DNA from: Octopus vulgaris
Taxonomy: Eukaryota
Assembly (NCBI GenBank): GCA_951406725.2
Contig: OX597818.1
Coordinates: forward strand, 86,800,001-86,864,000
Reading direction: 5' to 3'
DNA length: 64,000 nt
Shown here in pieces: positions 1-14,649 of the stretch. The translations under genes and the position numbers were made by a program. The notes under the pieces were generated by a model. It was not told the origin of the DNA and made no database searches. It saw only the letters and a list, made by a program, of their open reading frames with translations. The number at the start of each line of letters is the position of its first letter. The first letter of the stretch is position 1.

Positions 1-68
1 GTTATTAATGTTGTTTTTATTGCTATTTTTATTGTTGTTACAAATGCTACTGCCACTATTCTTATTCG

Positions 69-101
<33 letters not shown>

Positions 102-218
102 GGTGGTGGTGGTGGTGGTGGTGGTGGTGGTGGTGGTGGCGGCGGCGGCGGCGGCCGTGGTGGCGGCGGCGGCGGCCGCAGTGGTGTTGGTGGTGGTAGT
201 AGTAGTAGCAGTAGTAGT

Positions 219-301
<83 letters not shown>

Positions 302-310
302 CAGCAGTAG
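69..310. repeat. Compound trinucleotide microsatellite (GTA/GTG/GCG/GCA)n
   Basis: Directly visible; source of the poly-V/poly-A ORF 91..318. Confidence 0.95.
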
Positions 311-831
311 TCTGTTAGTTAATATAATAATATCTGTTCATTGGAACGTTATTGGCCGGGAGTGTTCGTTTCATGTCCACATATGAGAATTTTAAGCAAG
401 TATCTCGTTTCATCAGCTCCGATCAAGTAAAGAAAATATCTGCTGCTACTGCTCGGTATTATTAAATTTCTCAAAGACTTCAAGAACTGGAATAAGATTG
501 GATCAATCAGGCTATTATTTTTCAGTAATAATGTCCAACCACCGCCATGTTCAATATTCTTTCCCGTTCCATGGCCTTCCAAAATATTGGTAATTTTTGC
601 ATGGAAAAAAGGTGAATGATGAAACACATTTTATAGTTTGAGAGTAACTGATAATGATTTCTGTTATTTTATTATTAAGCCCTGGAAATATGCAAATATT
701 ATACATGCATACACACACACACACACACACACACATACACACAGATAAACACAGACACACACACACAGAGACAGACACACACATACACACACACATACAC
801 ACATACATGCACACACATACACACATACATG

Positions 832-862
<31 letters not shown>

Positions 863-1272
863 GTAGAAATATGCAAATATTATACATATATATAGGCGTA
901 AGAGTGGCTGTGTGGCAAGGAGCTTGTAAATTGTAAAAGAGGATGAGTGCCTCATATTGAAAGGACATATGGCCAATACGAAGAAAATTGTAAGAGGCCA
1001 AGTGCCTCATTTCAAGGACAAGGTGTCATTTGAGGTAAGAAGCTTAGTGCCTCATTGTAAGGACCTTGAATGCAAAAGAAATATTGCCTCAAATTGTAAG
1101 TTCACAAAAGAACAATATTTTAGAGAAGCAAAGAACGACGGGTGTCTTTAGCCTCCTCTTATTAATACCACCCTGTTCATCATTCATCTCAACTTATTAA
1201 TGTCTTCGTCCAGCCCGCAGCTTCTACATCTGTGTACGACTTTCATAGCCAATTTAATGAAATAAAAAAAAA

Positions 1273-1440
1273 GCTTGCTTCCCGAACACGTGGTTCCGGG
1301 TTCAGTATCACTGCGTGGCACCTTGGGTAAGTGTTTTCCAGCATATCCTCAGGCTGACCAAAGCCTTGTGAGTGAATTTGTTAGACGGACACTGAAAGAA
1401 GCCCGTCGCATATATATATGTCCGTTACGTTGTGTGTGTG

Positions 1441-1488
<48 letters not shown>

Positions 1489-1630
1489 TTCCCCGGATCA
1501 CAACTTGACAACCGATATTGGTGTGCTTACGTCCCCGTAACTTAGCGACTCCGCTAATTTACCAGGCATAAAAGATAAATACTGGGATCGATTCGTTGCC
1601 CCAGCGTGGCCGCATGAAACAGGAAACAGA
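1273..1630 (+). mobile_element. tRNA-type SINE family A (CORE-like motif, internal microsatellite), 5'-truncated and diverged
   Basis: Matches the fuller copy at 8616-9030: ggttccgggttcagt..ctgcgtggcaccttggg..ctgaaagaagcccgtcg..ttgacaaccgat. Confidence 0.85.
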
Positions 1631-1816
1631 CAAAGACAACAGAAACATACACACAGACGAGCAAAAATACACACTGACGCTATTATATATCACAACACAC
1701 ATGCACGCAGAAAACACGCACACTGCGCGCGCGCGCATGTGAACACAAGACGGAGATTCGCGGGGTTGGAGTTTCCTGTAACCGCTCATCAGACATTCAT
1801 GAGTATTATTTATATA

Positions 1817-2017
1817 AAGTAATTCGTCGCCATATCGCGGTTCGCCTATCGTGCACTCAGTATATCGCGGTTCACCTATAGATCACGGATTTTTCTGGTT
1901 AATATTTGTAAATTTATATCGCGGACATATCTGGGTTTCTGATATATTTTTGTAGATTTTAATTATTTCTGTGGAATGTTTTGGAACGTAACACCCGCGA
2001 TAGTCGAGGAATTACTG
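1817..2017. mobile_element. Tigger/pogo-like MITE
   Basis: Imperfect TIRs agtaattcgtcgccatatcgcgg / ccgcgatagtcgaggaattactg, TA flanks. Confidence 0.6.
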
Positions 2018-2320
2018 TATACATTAAGACATTTATAGATGTTTGTGGAGAGAATATTAAGAATGGGTGAGTGTGCGTGTGTGTAAGAGTGTGTGTGCGT
2101 GTGTGTAAGTGTGTGTGTAAGTGTGTGTGTGTGTGTGCTTGTGAGACGTTTGTGAAGCTAGTGGCTAAGCTTGTATGTATCTCTTACGTACTAAGTTTGT
2201 GGGGATAGTATGGATGAATAAGATTAATATGTGGTCTGTGATCTATGCAAGGTGTTTGCGAGGTCTATTGTGACGTGGGTGAAATGTGTGTTTGTGTGTG
2301 CGCGTGTGTGTGTATTATAA

Positions 2321-2686
2321 TGGCTGTACCCCTTCTGAAAGAAGGGGCAGAGCCCGTGACTTTTGCAGAGCCTCTAATATTAGTGAATTTGGTGCCGCTG
2401 ATGTTCCTTTTAAGCGATCGCTAGTCAACATCTACGCGAAATACATGAACGGGAAGGTAATTTCAAAAGGGGGATATGGATTTGGCATAATGGCTAGTGC
2501 AGGACTGATGCAATTGGACACGATGTGGAAAGAACAGAGAATCAAGTGAGGAGGAGTGGTAAGGGTACAAGCGCTTCCAGCTTCGGAGAACGGAGGCCAT
2601 TTTGGTAACAATAGAAAAGATAAGTTCACCAGTCTTCAACGCTTTGCAAAGGTCACGGGCTCTGTTGTTTAGAAAGGGTACAGCCA
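2321..2686. mobile_element. MITE with about 45-bp imperfect TIRs (Tc1/mariner-like)
   Basis: tggctgtacccc..cagagcccgtgacttttgcagagc is inverted to gctttgcaaaggtcacgggctctg..gggtacagcca. Confidence 0.7.
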
Positions 2687-2722
<36 letters not shown>

Positions 2723-2972
2723 ACACACACATTTCACCTAGGTAACAACACACTACGCCTACATCTAACTCAAATAGGTTTCACAGACCACACACAGCAG
2801 GCCTGTGGGTCAGAAGCTGAAGTGTACCCGTTAATGGTTCAATACCAAACAATTGACCCTCCTTTGGATGCAATCCAGAATCTCATTTTCTGCAGCAGTA
2901 ACACCGCCTTAGATTGACTGCATTACTCCTTTATGGGCCTCACTTGAGCCTTAGCTATGTATGCGATATATT

Positions 2973-3186
2973 AGTTTCAAATTCTGATACAATGCCAGCA
3001 ATTTGGGGGGAGGGAGTAATTCGATTACATCGACCCCAGTGCTCAGATAGTACTTATTTTATCGACCCAAAAAGGATGAAAGGCAAAGTCAACCTCGGCG
3101 GAATTTGAACTCAGAAAGTAAAGACGGACGAAATGCCACTAAGCATCTTCCCCTGCGTTTTAACGATTCTGCCAGCTCGCTGCCTT
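2973..3186 (-). mobile_element. SINE family C (Meta/MESC-like core)
   Basis: Reverse complement matches the TSD-flanked copy at 54101-54335, including the core ctttgcctttcatcctt..gggtcgataaa. Confidence 0.8.
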
Positions 3187-4156
3187 ACAATAATAATAAT
3201 GGTTTCAAATTTTAGCACAAGGCCAGAAGTTTCGGGGGATAGGGAAAGTCGATTACCTTGACCCACGCAAGTAAAATATTAAACTGGGGATCCACAACAG
3301 TATTTTAAGGGCCCATGAAAAAATTGCTTTAGATGTATCTATTGGTATATACTGTAAGAAACAGGTTTCTTTCTCTAACATTTTACACGGTTCAACCTAC
3401 ACAAGTTAACGCGTGAAAGATAAGATAGGATTCTTGAAAGGGGTTTCTATAAAAATAGTTTTTAAAATCGAATGACTATGGGGGTCCAGTAGTAAAGAAT
3501 AGTAATTAAAGGGATCCATAGATAAAAAAAAAATAGTTGAGAACTCTTGATTTACAACGTGGAAAAGTAAGGTTGCAAGTTAACAGGTTCCTTTGCACGT
3601 CGGACAAAATACTCAACATCATCTTTTCCGGCATTTTATGTATCGAGTTCAAATCCTTGCAACTCCACCACTGCTTGTAGGCGTTTGTCATCTTCTGATG
3701 ATGCTCATCTGTGCTGTACTTTTTAGCACTAAACATCTATACGAGATGCTTTTTCTAGAGAAACACTGCAGCTGTGTGGCTCTCTATACTATATCCGCTT
3801 TAAGTAAGATATACAGAATGCTATTTTGAACTAACATTGCTTCTGTCCATAATAACGAATTTTTACCCAATCCGACAGCTATTTACGACACTAGTGATTA
3901 ATAAATCAAATGAGTGTAATATATATGCGGGACTTCTTCACAGTTTCCGTTTACGCCAAGTTTGCTCATAAAGCATTTTAGTCTAGCAAGGCTAATAGAA
4001 AAGGCACTTACCCTGGCACTCTACAGTGGAACTGAAATCCGAAGCCACGGGATTCTGAAACGAGCTTCTCAACCACTCAGCCATGCCTGCGTATTTACGC
4101 ACATACGCACACACACACACACATATATACATACATGTGTGTGCGTGTGTATGTTT

Positions 4157-4470
4157 GAAGGCGCATGGTTTAGTGGTTAGGGTATTTGGCTCACCATCGT
4201 AAGGTCGTGAGTTCAGTTCCCAGCGGCTCGTTGTGTCCTTGAACAAGACACTTTATTTCACGTTGCTCCAGGTCATTCAGCTGGAAAAAATGAGTTGTAC
4301 CTGTATTTCAAAGGGGCCAGCCTTGTCATACTCTATGTGACGTTGTATCTTCCTGAGAACTACGTTAGGGGCTCATGTGTCTGTGGAATGCTCAGCCACT
4401 TGCACGTTAATTTCACGAGCAGGCTGTTCCGTCGATCGGATCTACTATAACCCTCATCGTCGTAACCGAC
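4157..4470 (+). mobile_element. tRNA-type SINE family B
   Basis: A-box-like tggtttagtggtt, B-box-like gagttcagttcc, then gttgtgtccttgaacaagacactttatttcacgttgctcca. Related heads at about 15230-15435(-), 26120-26265(-), 32757-33035(-), 50120-50370(-), 55730-55970(-), 56920-57130(+). Confidence 0.8.
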
Positions 4471-4984
4471 ACACACACATACACACAAACACACACACAT
4501 ACATACATGTATGTATGTATGTATGTATGTATGTATGTATGTATGTATGTATGTATGTATGTATGTATATGAGTGCCAAAGCAACAACAAACCTTAATCA
4601 CAATTAAAACGTTTCCTGTCTAATTAGAACCGTCATGTTTCATTAATTGTGAGAACTGTATTCAATTAACATGTCCTGCCTTGGAGAGCTAATTACTTTA
4701 TAGTTGACACTCTCGAGCTATGAACATGTGATCTATCCCTCCCTTCCACATCTATGGGTTTAATATTCATGAGGATATGATAATCTGGACGTTGTCATCG
4801 TCATAATTACAGAAATTAGGCCTAGGGAATTAATTCAATTGGGTGAAAGATATGAATATATGTGGTTGAGGTAGGTGGTTATCTATTGGATTATTGAATA
4901 GAAATTTACTTCAGGGGAAAGAAAATGAAACCGAAAGTAAATGTTAAGAAAAAAACTTTCCATGAAAAAGGGAGATAATCTGTT

Positions 4985-5372
4985 TTACTTGTTACAGTCA
5001 ATGAACCACGGCTGTGCTGCGACACCGCCTACGGCGGTTCAATCGATCAGGTGCTTATTGTTAACTCTGGTACTAATTCTATCGAACCTCTTTTGCCGGA
5101 CCGCTAGTTAACACAAACATAAAGAAACCAACAACGGTTGAGGAGTGGTAGTGGGAGACGAACACAAATACAAAGCACACACATACATACATACATACAT
5201 ACATACATACATACATACATACATACATACATACGTACATACATACGTACATACATAGACGTGTAGGACTTTCACTCAGTTTCCGAATAACAAATTCACT
5301 CACGTGTCATTGGTCAGCGGAGACTACAGCAGAAGACAACGGTACTCAATGACAGTGGACCCAAAACTGGGT
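4985..5372 (-). mobile_element. Diverged SINE family A copy
   Basis: Reverse-complement similarity to 8616-9030 with an expanded internal (TACA)n. Confidence 0.65.
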
Positions 5373-5389
5373 GGTATGTGTATGTGTGT

Positions 5390-5446
<57 letters not shown>

Positions 5447-5465
5447 TGTGTGTATATATATGTGT

Positions 5466-5514
<49 letters not shown>

Positions 5515-5762
5515 CGTGTGTGTGTGTATTTCTGTGTGAGTTAGAGGTTGGGAAACCAACTAGGAACTAGCACCTGTACACCCATTTAGTGTATTGCCAA
5601 TTTGCTCTCTTGCTCATTTGTTTCTATATGCTTATATATTTTCATGCCCTTCACTCATACATGTGTGTGTATTCATCCAATACATTTGAATAAACAGACA
5701 TACTGGAATGTTTACAGGCTGTTGTCTGTCGATTTTATATCCACTCCGTTTTCTTATTTGCC

Positions 5763-5824
<62 letters not shown>

Positions 5825-5936
5825 ATTTAGGAATGGTCATTTTGTCAGTTTAATCAATAAAAACACACGCACTATATATTTGGTGCTACTTTGTTTAAGC
5901 GTTATTTATTTTTTACATTAATCTTAATCTTATTTC

Positions 5937-5981
5937 GGCCAGAGTTCTTTCGTCACACTCCTGTGACCGCATCAGTGGTCC
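5937..5981 (-). ncRNA. Minimal type I hammerhead ribozyme-like motif, degenerate (A9 to C)
   Basis: Minus strand reads GGACCA CUGAUGC G GUCAC-AGGAGU-GUGAC GAAA GAAC UC/ UGGCC: stem II perfect, stem I with a mismatch, 1-bp stem III with tetraloop. Confidence 0.65.
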
Positions 5982-6227
5982 TTTACTTTCTTCTTTCTTA
6001 TTTGTGTGTCTCTCCTTACTAACCGTCAGCCATTTTGTATTTCTATTGTATGTGTCTCCATTTGCGCATGCGTATATCATCTCTATATGCGTCTATGTTT
6101 AGTTAGTGCGGTGGGGGAATGCCTGTAATATTTGTATCTTCTGTTTATATACGTTCGTGTAATTTGTGTAATTTGTTTTTGTTTTTGTTTATTCTTATTT
6201 CATTGATGTGTTTACACCCACTTATTA

Positions 6228-6245
6228 ATATTATCATTATTATTA

Positions 6246-6343
<98 letters not shown>

Positions 6344-6371
6344 TTTATTTTTATAATTATTATTATTATTA

Positions 6372-6402
<31 letters not shown>

Positions 6403-6419
6403 CATTATTATTTATGCAT

Positions 6420-6510
<91 letters not shown>
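6228..6510. repeat. (ATT)n followed by (TA)n microsatellites
   Basis: Directly visible. Confidence 0.95.
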
Positions 6511-6512
<2 letters not shown>

Positions 6513-6524
6513 TATATAGGTATA

Positions 6525-7055
6525 GGACGTCACCAACTGTGTAAACATGAAATACGTACACAAACGAGTTAAATACACAAACAACGAGAGAAAAAAACGG
6601 AAAACTGGACAAGTAAACACAGAGAAACGATCCTTCATCAGGTGTCGGCTCTCTATCTATTCCTCATTTCGAGCATTCAACGACAGTATGAGTCTTCAAA
6701 GACAGTTGCTTCCATAAATTCTAAAATAAAATTTCGGATTTATCGAGGGTCAAATTTGAAAACAAAACCAAGGACACTGGCGACATACAAGGAAGCCGAA
6801 CGAAAACAAACATAGAGGGTGGTTAAACCAGAACTAGAGGAAAATAGTGAACGCTGGGAGAAATATTTTCGTTGAGGAAAGATAGAAGGGAGAAACAAAA
6901 AAGAAACTATTGTCTTCCGCCATCCTTCTCTAATTCCCTTTTTCTCCCCCTCCCTCGTTCACCGATTCCTGTCTTTCTTTCTTTTTCTCTCTCTCTCTCT
7001 CGTTGCTCACACATGACCATCTTTCTTTTCCAGCACGGACGTTCATAGAAGTGGA

Positions 7056-7124
<69 letters not shown>

Positions 7125-7486
7125 ATCTTTTCTCTTTTTAAAGAAAATATTTCTCCTAGTGTACATTATTTTCCTCTCGTTCTGGTCTAACGATCCTCCA
7201 TGTTTGTTTTCGTTCGGCTTCCTTGTTTGTCTCAACTGTCCTGTTTTTGTTCTCAACTTTGACCCTCCATAAATCCTAAATTTATTTTAGAATTTAAGAG
7301 AGCAACTGTCTTTGAAGACTCATTGTCGTTGAATGCTCGAAATGAGGAGTAGATAGACGGCTGACAACTGATGAAGGGTCGTTTCTCTGTGTTTACTTGC
7401 CCAGTTTTCCATTTTTTCTCTCGTTCTTTATGTATTTAACTCGTTTGTCTACGTATTTCATGTTGCTTACACAGTTACGGACGTCC
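6525..7486. mobile_element. Penelope-like pseudo-LTR pair in inverted orientation (arms about 6525-6890 and 7120-7486)
   Basis: About 365-bp imperfect inverted repeat alignable by eye; contains GAAA and CUGAUGA hammerhead half-motifs; sits next to (TA)n. Penelope assignment is inference from architecture. Confidence 0.65.
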
Positions 7487-7570
7487 TGGACCCATACATG
7501 CATGGCCGCAGTTAAATGACTGAAACAAGTAAAAGAGTAAAAGAGAAAAGAGTAATACATATATATATTG

Positions 7571-7638
<68 letters not shown>

Positions 7639-7673
7639 CATCATTATTATTATTATCATCATCATCATCATCA

Positions 7674-7734
<61 letters not shown>

Positions 7735-7994
7735 CATTATTATATATAAAACAAAGGTAGGACTAAAAGAACATAACAAGCGAAATTGAACAAAACACAA
7801 CATGCGGAAAAATAGACGATAACTTACATAAGCGATAACACAGACGATAATATAACAAACGGCAAACAGAACAGAAACAAGATACACGGACCATTCGCAG
7901 CAGATTTTTCTCATCAGTCGGTTTCTGGAAAGTCATTATAGTTTCGCACCCTTTTAAGACCGAGACTATTCGAATCCAGCAATATACATCAATA

Positions 7995-8371
7995 GGTGCA
8001 GGCGTGGCTGTGTTGTAAGAAGCTACCTTCCCAACTATATAGTTTCGGGAACAGTTCCACTGCGTGGCACCATGGACGAGTGCCTTCGACAACAGCCTTG
8101 GGTTGACCGAAGACTTCTGACCGGATTTGGTAGACGGAAACTGAAAAAAGCCCGTCGTATATGTGTGTGCGTTTGTGTCTGTGTCTATTTGACAACCGAT
8201 GTTGGTGAGTTTACGACCCCGTAACTTAGCGGTTCGGCAAAAGATACCGCTACAATTAGTACCCAGCTTACAAACAATAAATCCTGGGGACGATTTCTTC
8301 GACTAAAAGGCGGTGCTCCAACATGTCCGCAGTCAACTGACTGAAACAAGTAAAAGATTAAAAGAATAAAA

Positions 8372-8372
<1 letters not shown>
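7995..8372 (+). mobile_element. SINE family A, full-length diverged copy
   Basis: ggtgcaggcgtggctgtg head to actgaaacaagtaaaaga tail. Confidence 0.9.
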
Positions 8373-8410
<38 letters not shown>

Positions 8411-8615
8411 TAAATGGGACAAGCAACAGGTTGCTTGTCCGCATACCGAAAAATTAGAATTAGCAGTCAAGACTGTTTATTTCTATTTTCTACAAGTGGG
8501 GCTCCACACACGACATACCCTGTAATTCACATATGCAAAACAGAAGGAATAGATAACGAAAACAAAGTCTGGCGGTTATCTGCAAACATCATGTTTCTGG
8601 ATTATAAATATATTT

Positions 8616-9030
8616 GGCGCAGGAGTGGCTGTGTGGTAAGTAGCTTGCTAATCAACCACATGGTTCCGGGTTCAGTTCCACTGCGTGGCATCTTGGGCAA
8701 GTGTCTTCTGCTATAGCCCCGGGCCGACCAATGCCTTGTGAGTGGATTTGGTAGACGGAAACTGAAAGAAGCCTGTCGTATATATGTATATATATATATG
8801 TGTGTGTTTGTGTGTCTGTGTTTGTTCCCCTAGCATCGCTTGACAACCGATGCTGGTGTGTTTACGTCCCCGTTACTTAGCGGTTCGGCAAAAAAGAGAC
8901 CGATAGAATAAGTACTGGGCTTACAAAGAATAAGTCCCGGGGTCGAGTTGCTCGATTAAAGGCGGTGCTCCAGCATGGCCGCAGTCAAATGACTGAAACA
9001 AGTAAAAGAGAAAAGAGAAAGAGAAAGAGA
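8616..9030 (+). mobile_element. SINE family A, full-length reference copy
   Basis: tRNA-like head ggcgcaggagtggctgtgtggtaag..gggttcagttcc, CORE-like cttgggcaagtgtctt, internal (TA)/(TG) tract, tail gaaacaagt(aaaagag)n. Confidence 0.92.
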
Positions 9031-9659
9031 TATTGAATATATATTGAATATATATTTTTAATATATATTTCATATACATTGCATATGTATTTAACATCCG
9101 TCTTCAGCGCAGCTTTCCTGATGCCTCTCCCATTTACTTATATACAATATATATACTGAACTTTACAGAAGTTCCTACCGTTAATCGGCTATATTTACAT
9201 ACCGAATTCTACCAGTAAATAATTGTGGGTTTTTTTAAAAACCATTATAGAAATTATTTACCCTTATTATATATATATATCCCCAAAAAACGGAATAAGA
9301 ACGTAACGGACGACAATAAAAATATAAGGACAGATAAACGATACTAAAACGGTCAGGAAAAACTAGGACGGATAATTCGTGGCCCTCTACTCATCAGTCA
9401 AGCTTCCAATTATCATTACAGTTTCAGCCTGTTACACTTGAGACTGTTCAAAATTGGTAGGCCCCAAAAATCTAAGCTAAGACCATTACATTTTTTAAAG
9501 AAAGCAAGAAAATATGTACGACTACACAGACAAAAAAAACGATAAAACGGAGAAAATGTTACACTAATACAAATACAAGCAAATAGAGAATAACAACAGG
9601 TGTCTTTCGACTAATATATATATATAAATTATTGTACACATAGGCGAGCATTTACACAG

Positions 9660-12379
<2,720 letters not shown>

Positions 12380-12380
<1 letters not shown>

Positions 12381-12510
12381 CATTTAAAGAAATTTTTTAT
12401 GTATTTTTACAGTTCCACTAATGGCGTCTACTTGTAATTTGAGAATCCTTTCCGGCAAAGAGATGCCGGCTTCTCAACGTTAGTACTAAACGCCTTGGTT
12501 ACATAAATCA
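12380..12510 (-). mobile_element. R4/Dong-like non-LTR retrotransposon ORF C-terminal fragment
   Basis: Minus translation [30 protein letters not shown] aligns with the fragments at 19255 and 20170. Confidence 0.55.
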
Positions 12511-12574
12511 ATGTAAGTATATACATATATATTTGCATACATTCATATACATATATGCGTATGTGTGTGTATGC

Positions 12575-12616
<42 letters not shown>

Positions 12617-12985
12617 ATGTATATACATACACACACATATATATATATACATACACATTCATGTATGTATGTATGTGTGTATGTATGTATAGTTGTGTCT
12701 ATGTTTTTATATATGTACTTACCTAATTATACTCCTGAGGTATCTTCCCTCGGTCACAATTTATCTATCTATGTATATGCGGTTATGTATGTAGGAGAGT
12801 CTATGTGTGTGTGCGTGTGTGTGTGTATGTTTTGTACTTATATAGCTACCTAGTGTACACATATATATATATTATACATATACGCAAGCACACACAAGCA
12901 CACACACACATACACTATATATATACTGTGTGTGGATGTGGGCGTTACTGTATGTGTAGCTATATATAAATACACATCATATATA

Positions 12986-14293
12986 TAGGGTAGAGCAGAG
13001 AGGACGGATATTTTAAAAATGGCTATTACTAAGCCCCAGTCAGAGAGACATATGTCTGACAGGTATCATTCGGTCCGTGGTGTTTTAGTATTTGTTTTTA
13101 TTTTCCGGTAAAGCCATGGCGCTGTGGACGATAGAGCATCGCATGTTTACCTACGACAGTTACGTGAAGAATAACGAGTCTGTCACAGCAATTCAGCGTG
13201 ACTTTCGGTGCCGCTTGAACATTCGCCGAAAGGAGGCTGTTCCCACCCGTAACACAAGCTTACGTTGCGTGAATGCACTTCATACACAAGTTACACTAAT
13301 AAATGAGAGACTGGTGAGGGTGCCACGAACAGTGCGGATCCCGGAAAATGTGGAATGCGTTAGACAAGCTTTGATACGGAGTCCGAATCGTTCTGCTCGG
13401 AGGCATTCCACTGAACTTGGCATCGGTAATCGATCAGTAAGGCGTATTTTGCATGAAGACCTGCATTTCCACCCGTACAAATTGGTCATTGGGCAACAGT
13501 TGAAACCATGGGACTATGCACAACGGCTTAACTTCGCACATCAGACGGAAGCAATTTTTGAGGCAAATGACAACCTCATTTTGTTACTGAGCGATGAAGC
13601 TCATTTTCATTTCAAAAGCATGAGGAATCAACAGAACTGTTGTTACTGGGCTCTTGAAAATCCGAGTGAAAGACTACTGCCTGAAAGTGACTGTCTGGTG
13701 TGCTACTGGAAAAGCTGCCGTCATTGGTCCTTACTCTTTTGAATACAATAATGGAAATGCTGTTACTGTAAACTCCGAGCATTACATCGAAATGATAAAC
13801 AACATCTTTGTGTCGGAATTACGACGAAAACATATACCTATTCGACGTTTGTAGTTTCAGCAGGATGGGGCGATGGTCCCCACAGCCAGACTATCAATAG
13901 ATGTTCTTTGTCCTCACTTCAGTGACCACCTCATTTCCAGGTTTGCTGACGTTCTTTGACTCCCTCGGTCCCCTGATTTGTCCAAGTGTGAGAGAACTCA
14001 AGGCACGTGTATATGCGCATAAACCCCGTTCATTGGACGATTTGAAGAAAGCTATTCGCATGGAAGTCGCCCAAATCGACAAAGCAATGCTGGAGAGAGT
14101 GGAGGCCAACTTCCAAGAACGCCTTCAGAAATGCTCAATGAAAACGGACACTATATGATGGATGTTGTTTTCCACGCTTGATTTTGACAAATGCTAATTC
14201 AATACGAACTCATTGGTGTCAATAGTATTTGTAGCTAAAATTAATGATTTTATGAATTTTTCAAAAACGTCCGTCCTCTCTGCTCCACCCCCG
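12986..14293 (+). mobile_element. Near full-length Tc1/mariner DNA transposon, rosa/DD41D-like, decayed
   Basis: TIRs (t)agggtagagcagagaggacggatattttaaaaa / ttttcaaaaacgtccgtcctctctgctccacccccg, TA flanks, about 1.3 kb. Confidence 0.9.
13116..14158 (+). pseudogene. Frameshifted transposase (DUF4817-like HTH plus DDD catalytic domain)
   Basis: MALWTIEHRMF..NNESVTAIQRDFR..VPTRNT; LHFHPYK; SDEAHFH; KVTVWCA..VIGPYSF; FQQDGA; ELKARVYAHKPRSLDDLKKAI, spread over three frames with a stop. Confidence 0.9.
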
Positions 14294-14394
14294 TACATAC
14301 ACACATACGTACACGCACATATATAGAGTGTATGGCTGTGCGTCGATGATGACTTACTAATTTTGTGTGTGCGTCTGTGTGTATATATATAGAA

Positions 14395-14530
14395 CTGTAC
14401 AATGCTACAGTGTGTTCCATTTCCAAGAATGGCCACGGTCTGACCCTACCAAATAATAATTCTATCACACTCACTTCCAATATTTCAAAGGTGATGGAGA
14501 CAATCATTAAGAACTACCTTCACTACCGCC
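14395..14530 (+). mobile_element. LINE reverse-transcriptase N-terminal fragment (CR1/L2/Jockey-like)
   Basis: Translation ATVCSISKNG..SITLTSNISKVMETII resembles the A.V.PI.KKG..NYRPISLTS..K..E.II motif. Confidence 0.6.
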
Positions 14531-14541
14531 AAGAATATATA

Positions 14542-14649
<108 letters not shown>

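Noticed and set aside
349-627. Minus ORF containing GGGWTLL, reminiscent of fibrinogen C-terminal domains
   Set aside because: Lacks the preceding C-D-M motif and downstream conserved residues; no convincing splice sites. BLASTX or RNA-seq would be needed.
8616-8690. tRNA genes at SINE heads
   Set aside because: A/B-box-like motifs are present but there is no complete cloverleaf; they continue into SINE bodies.
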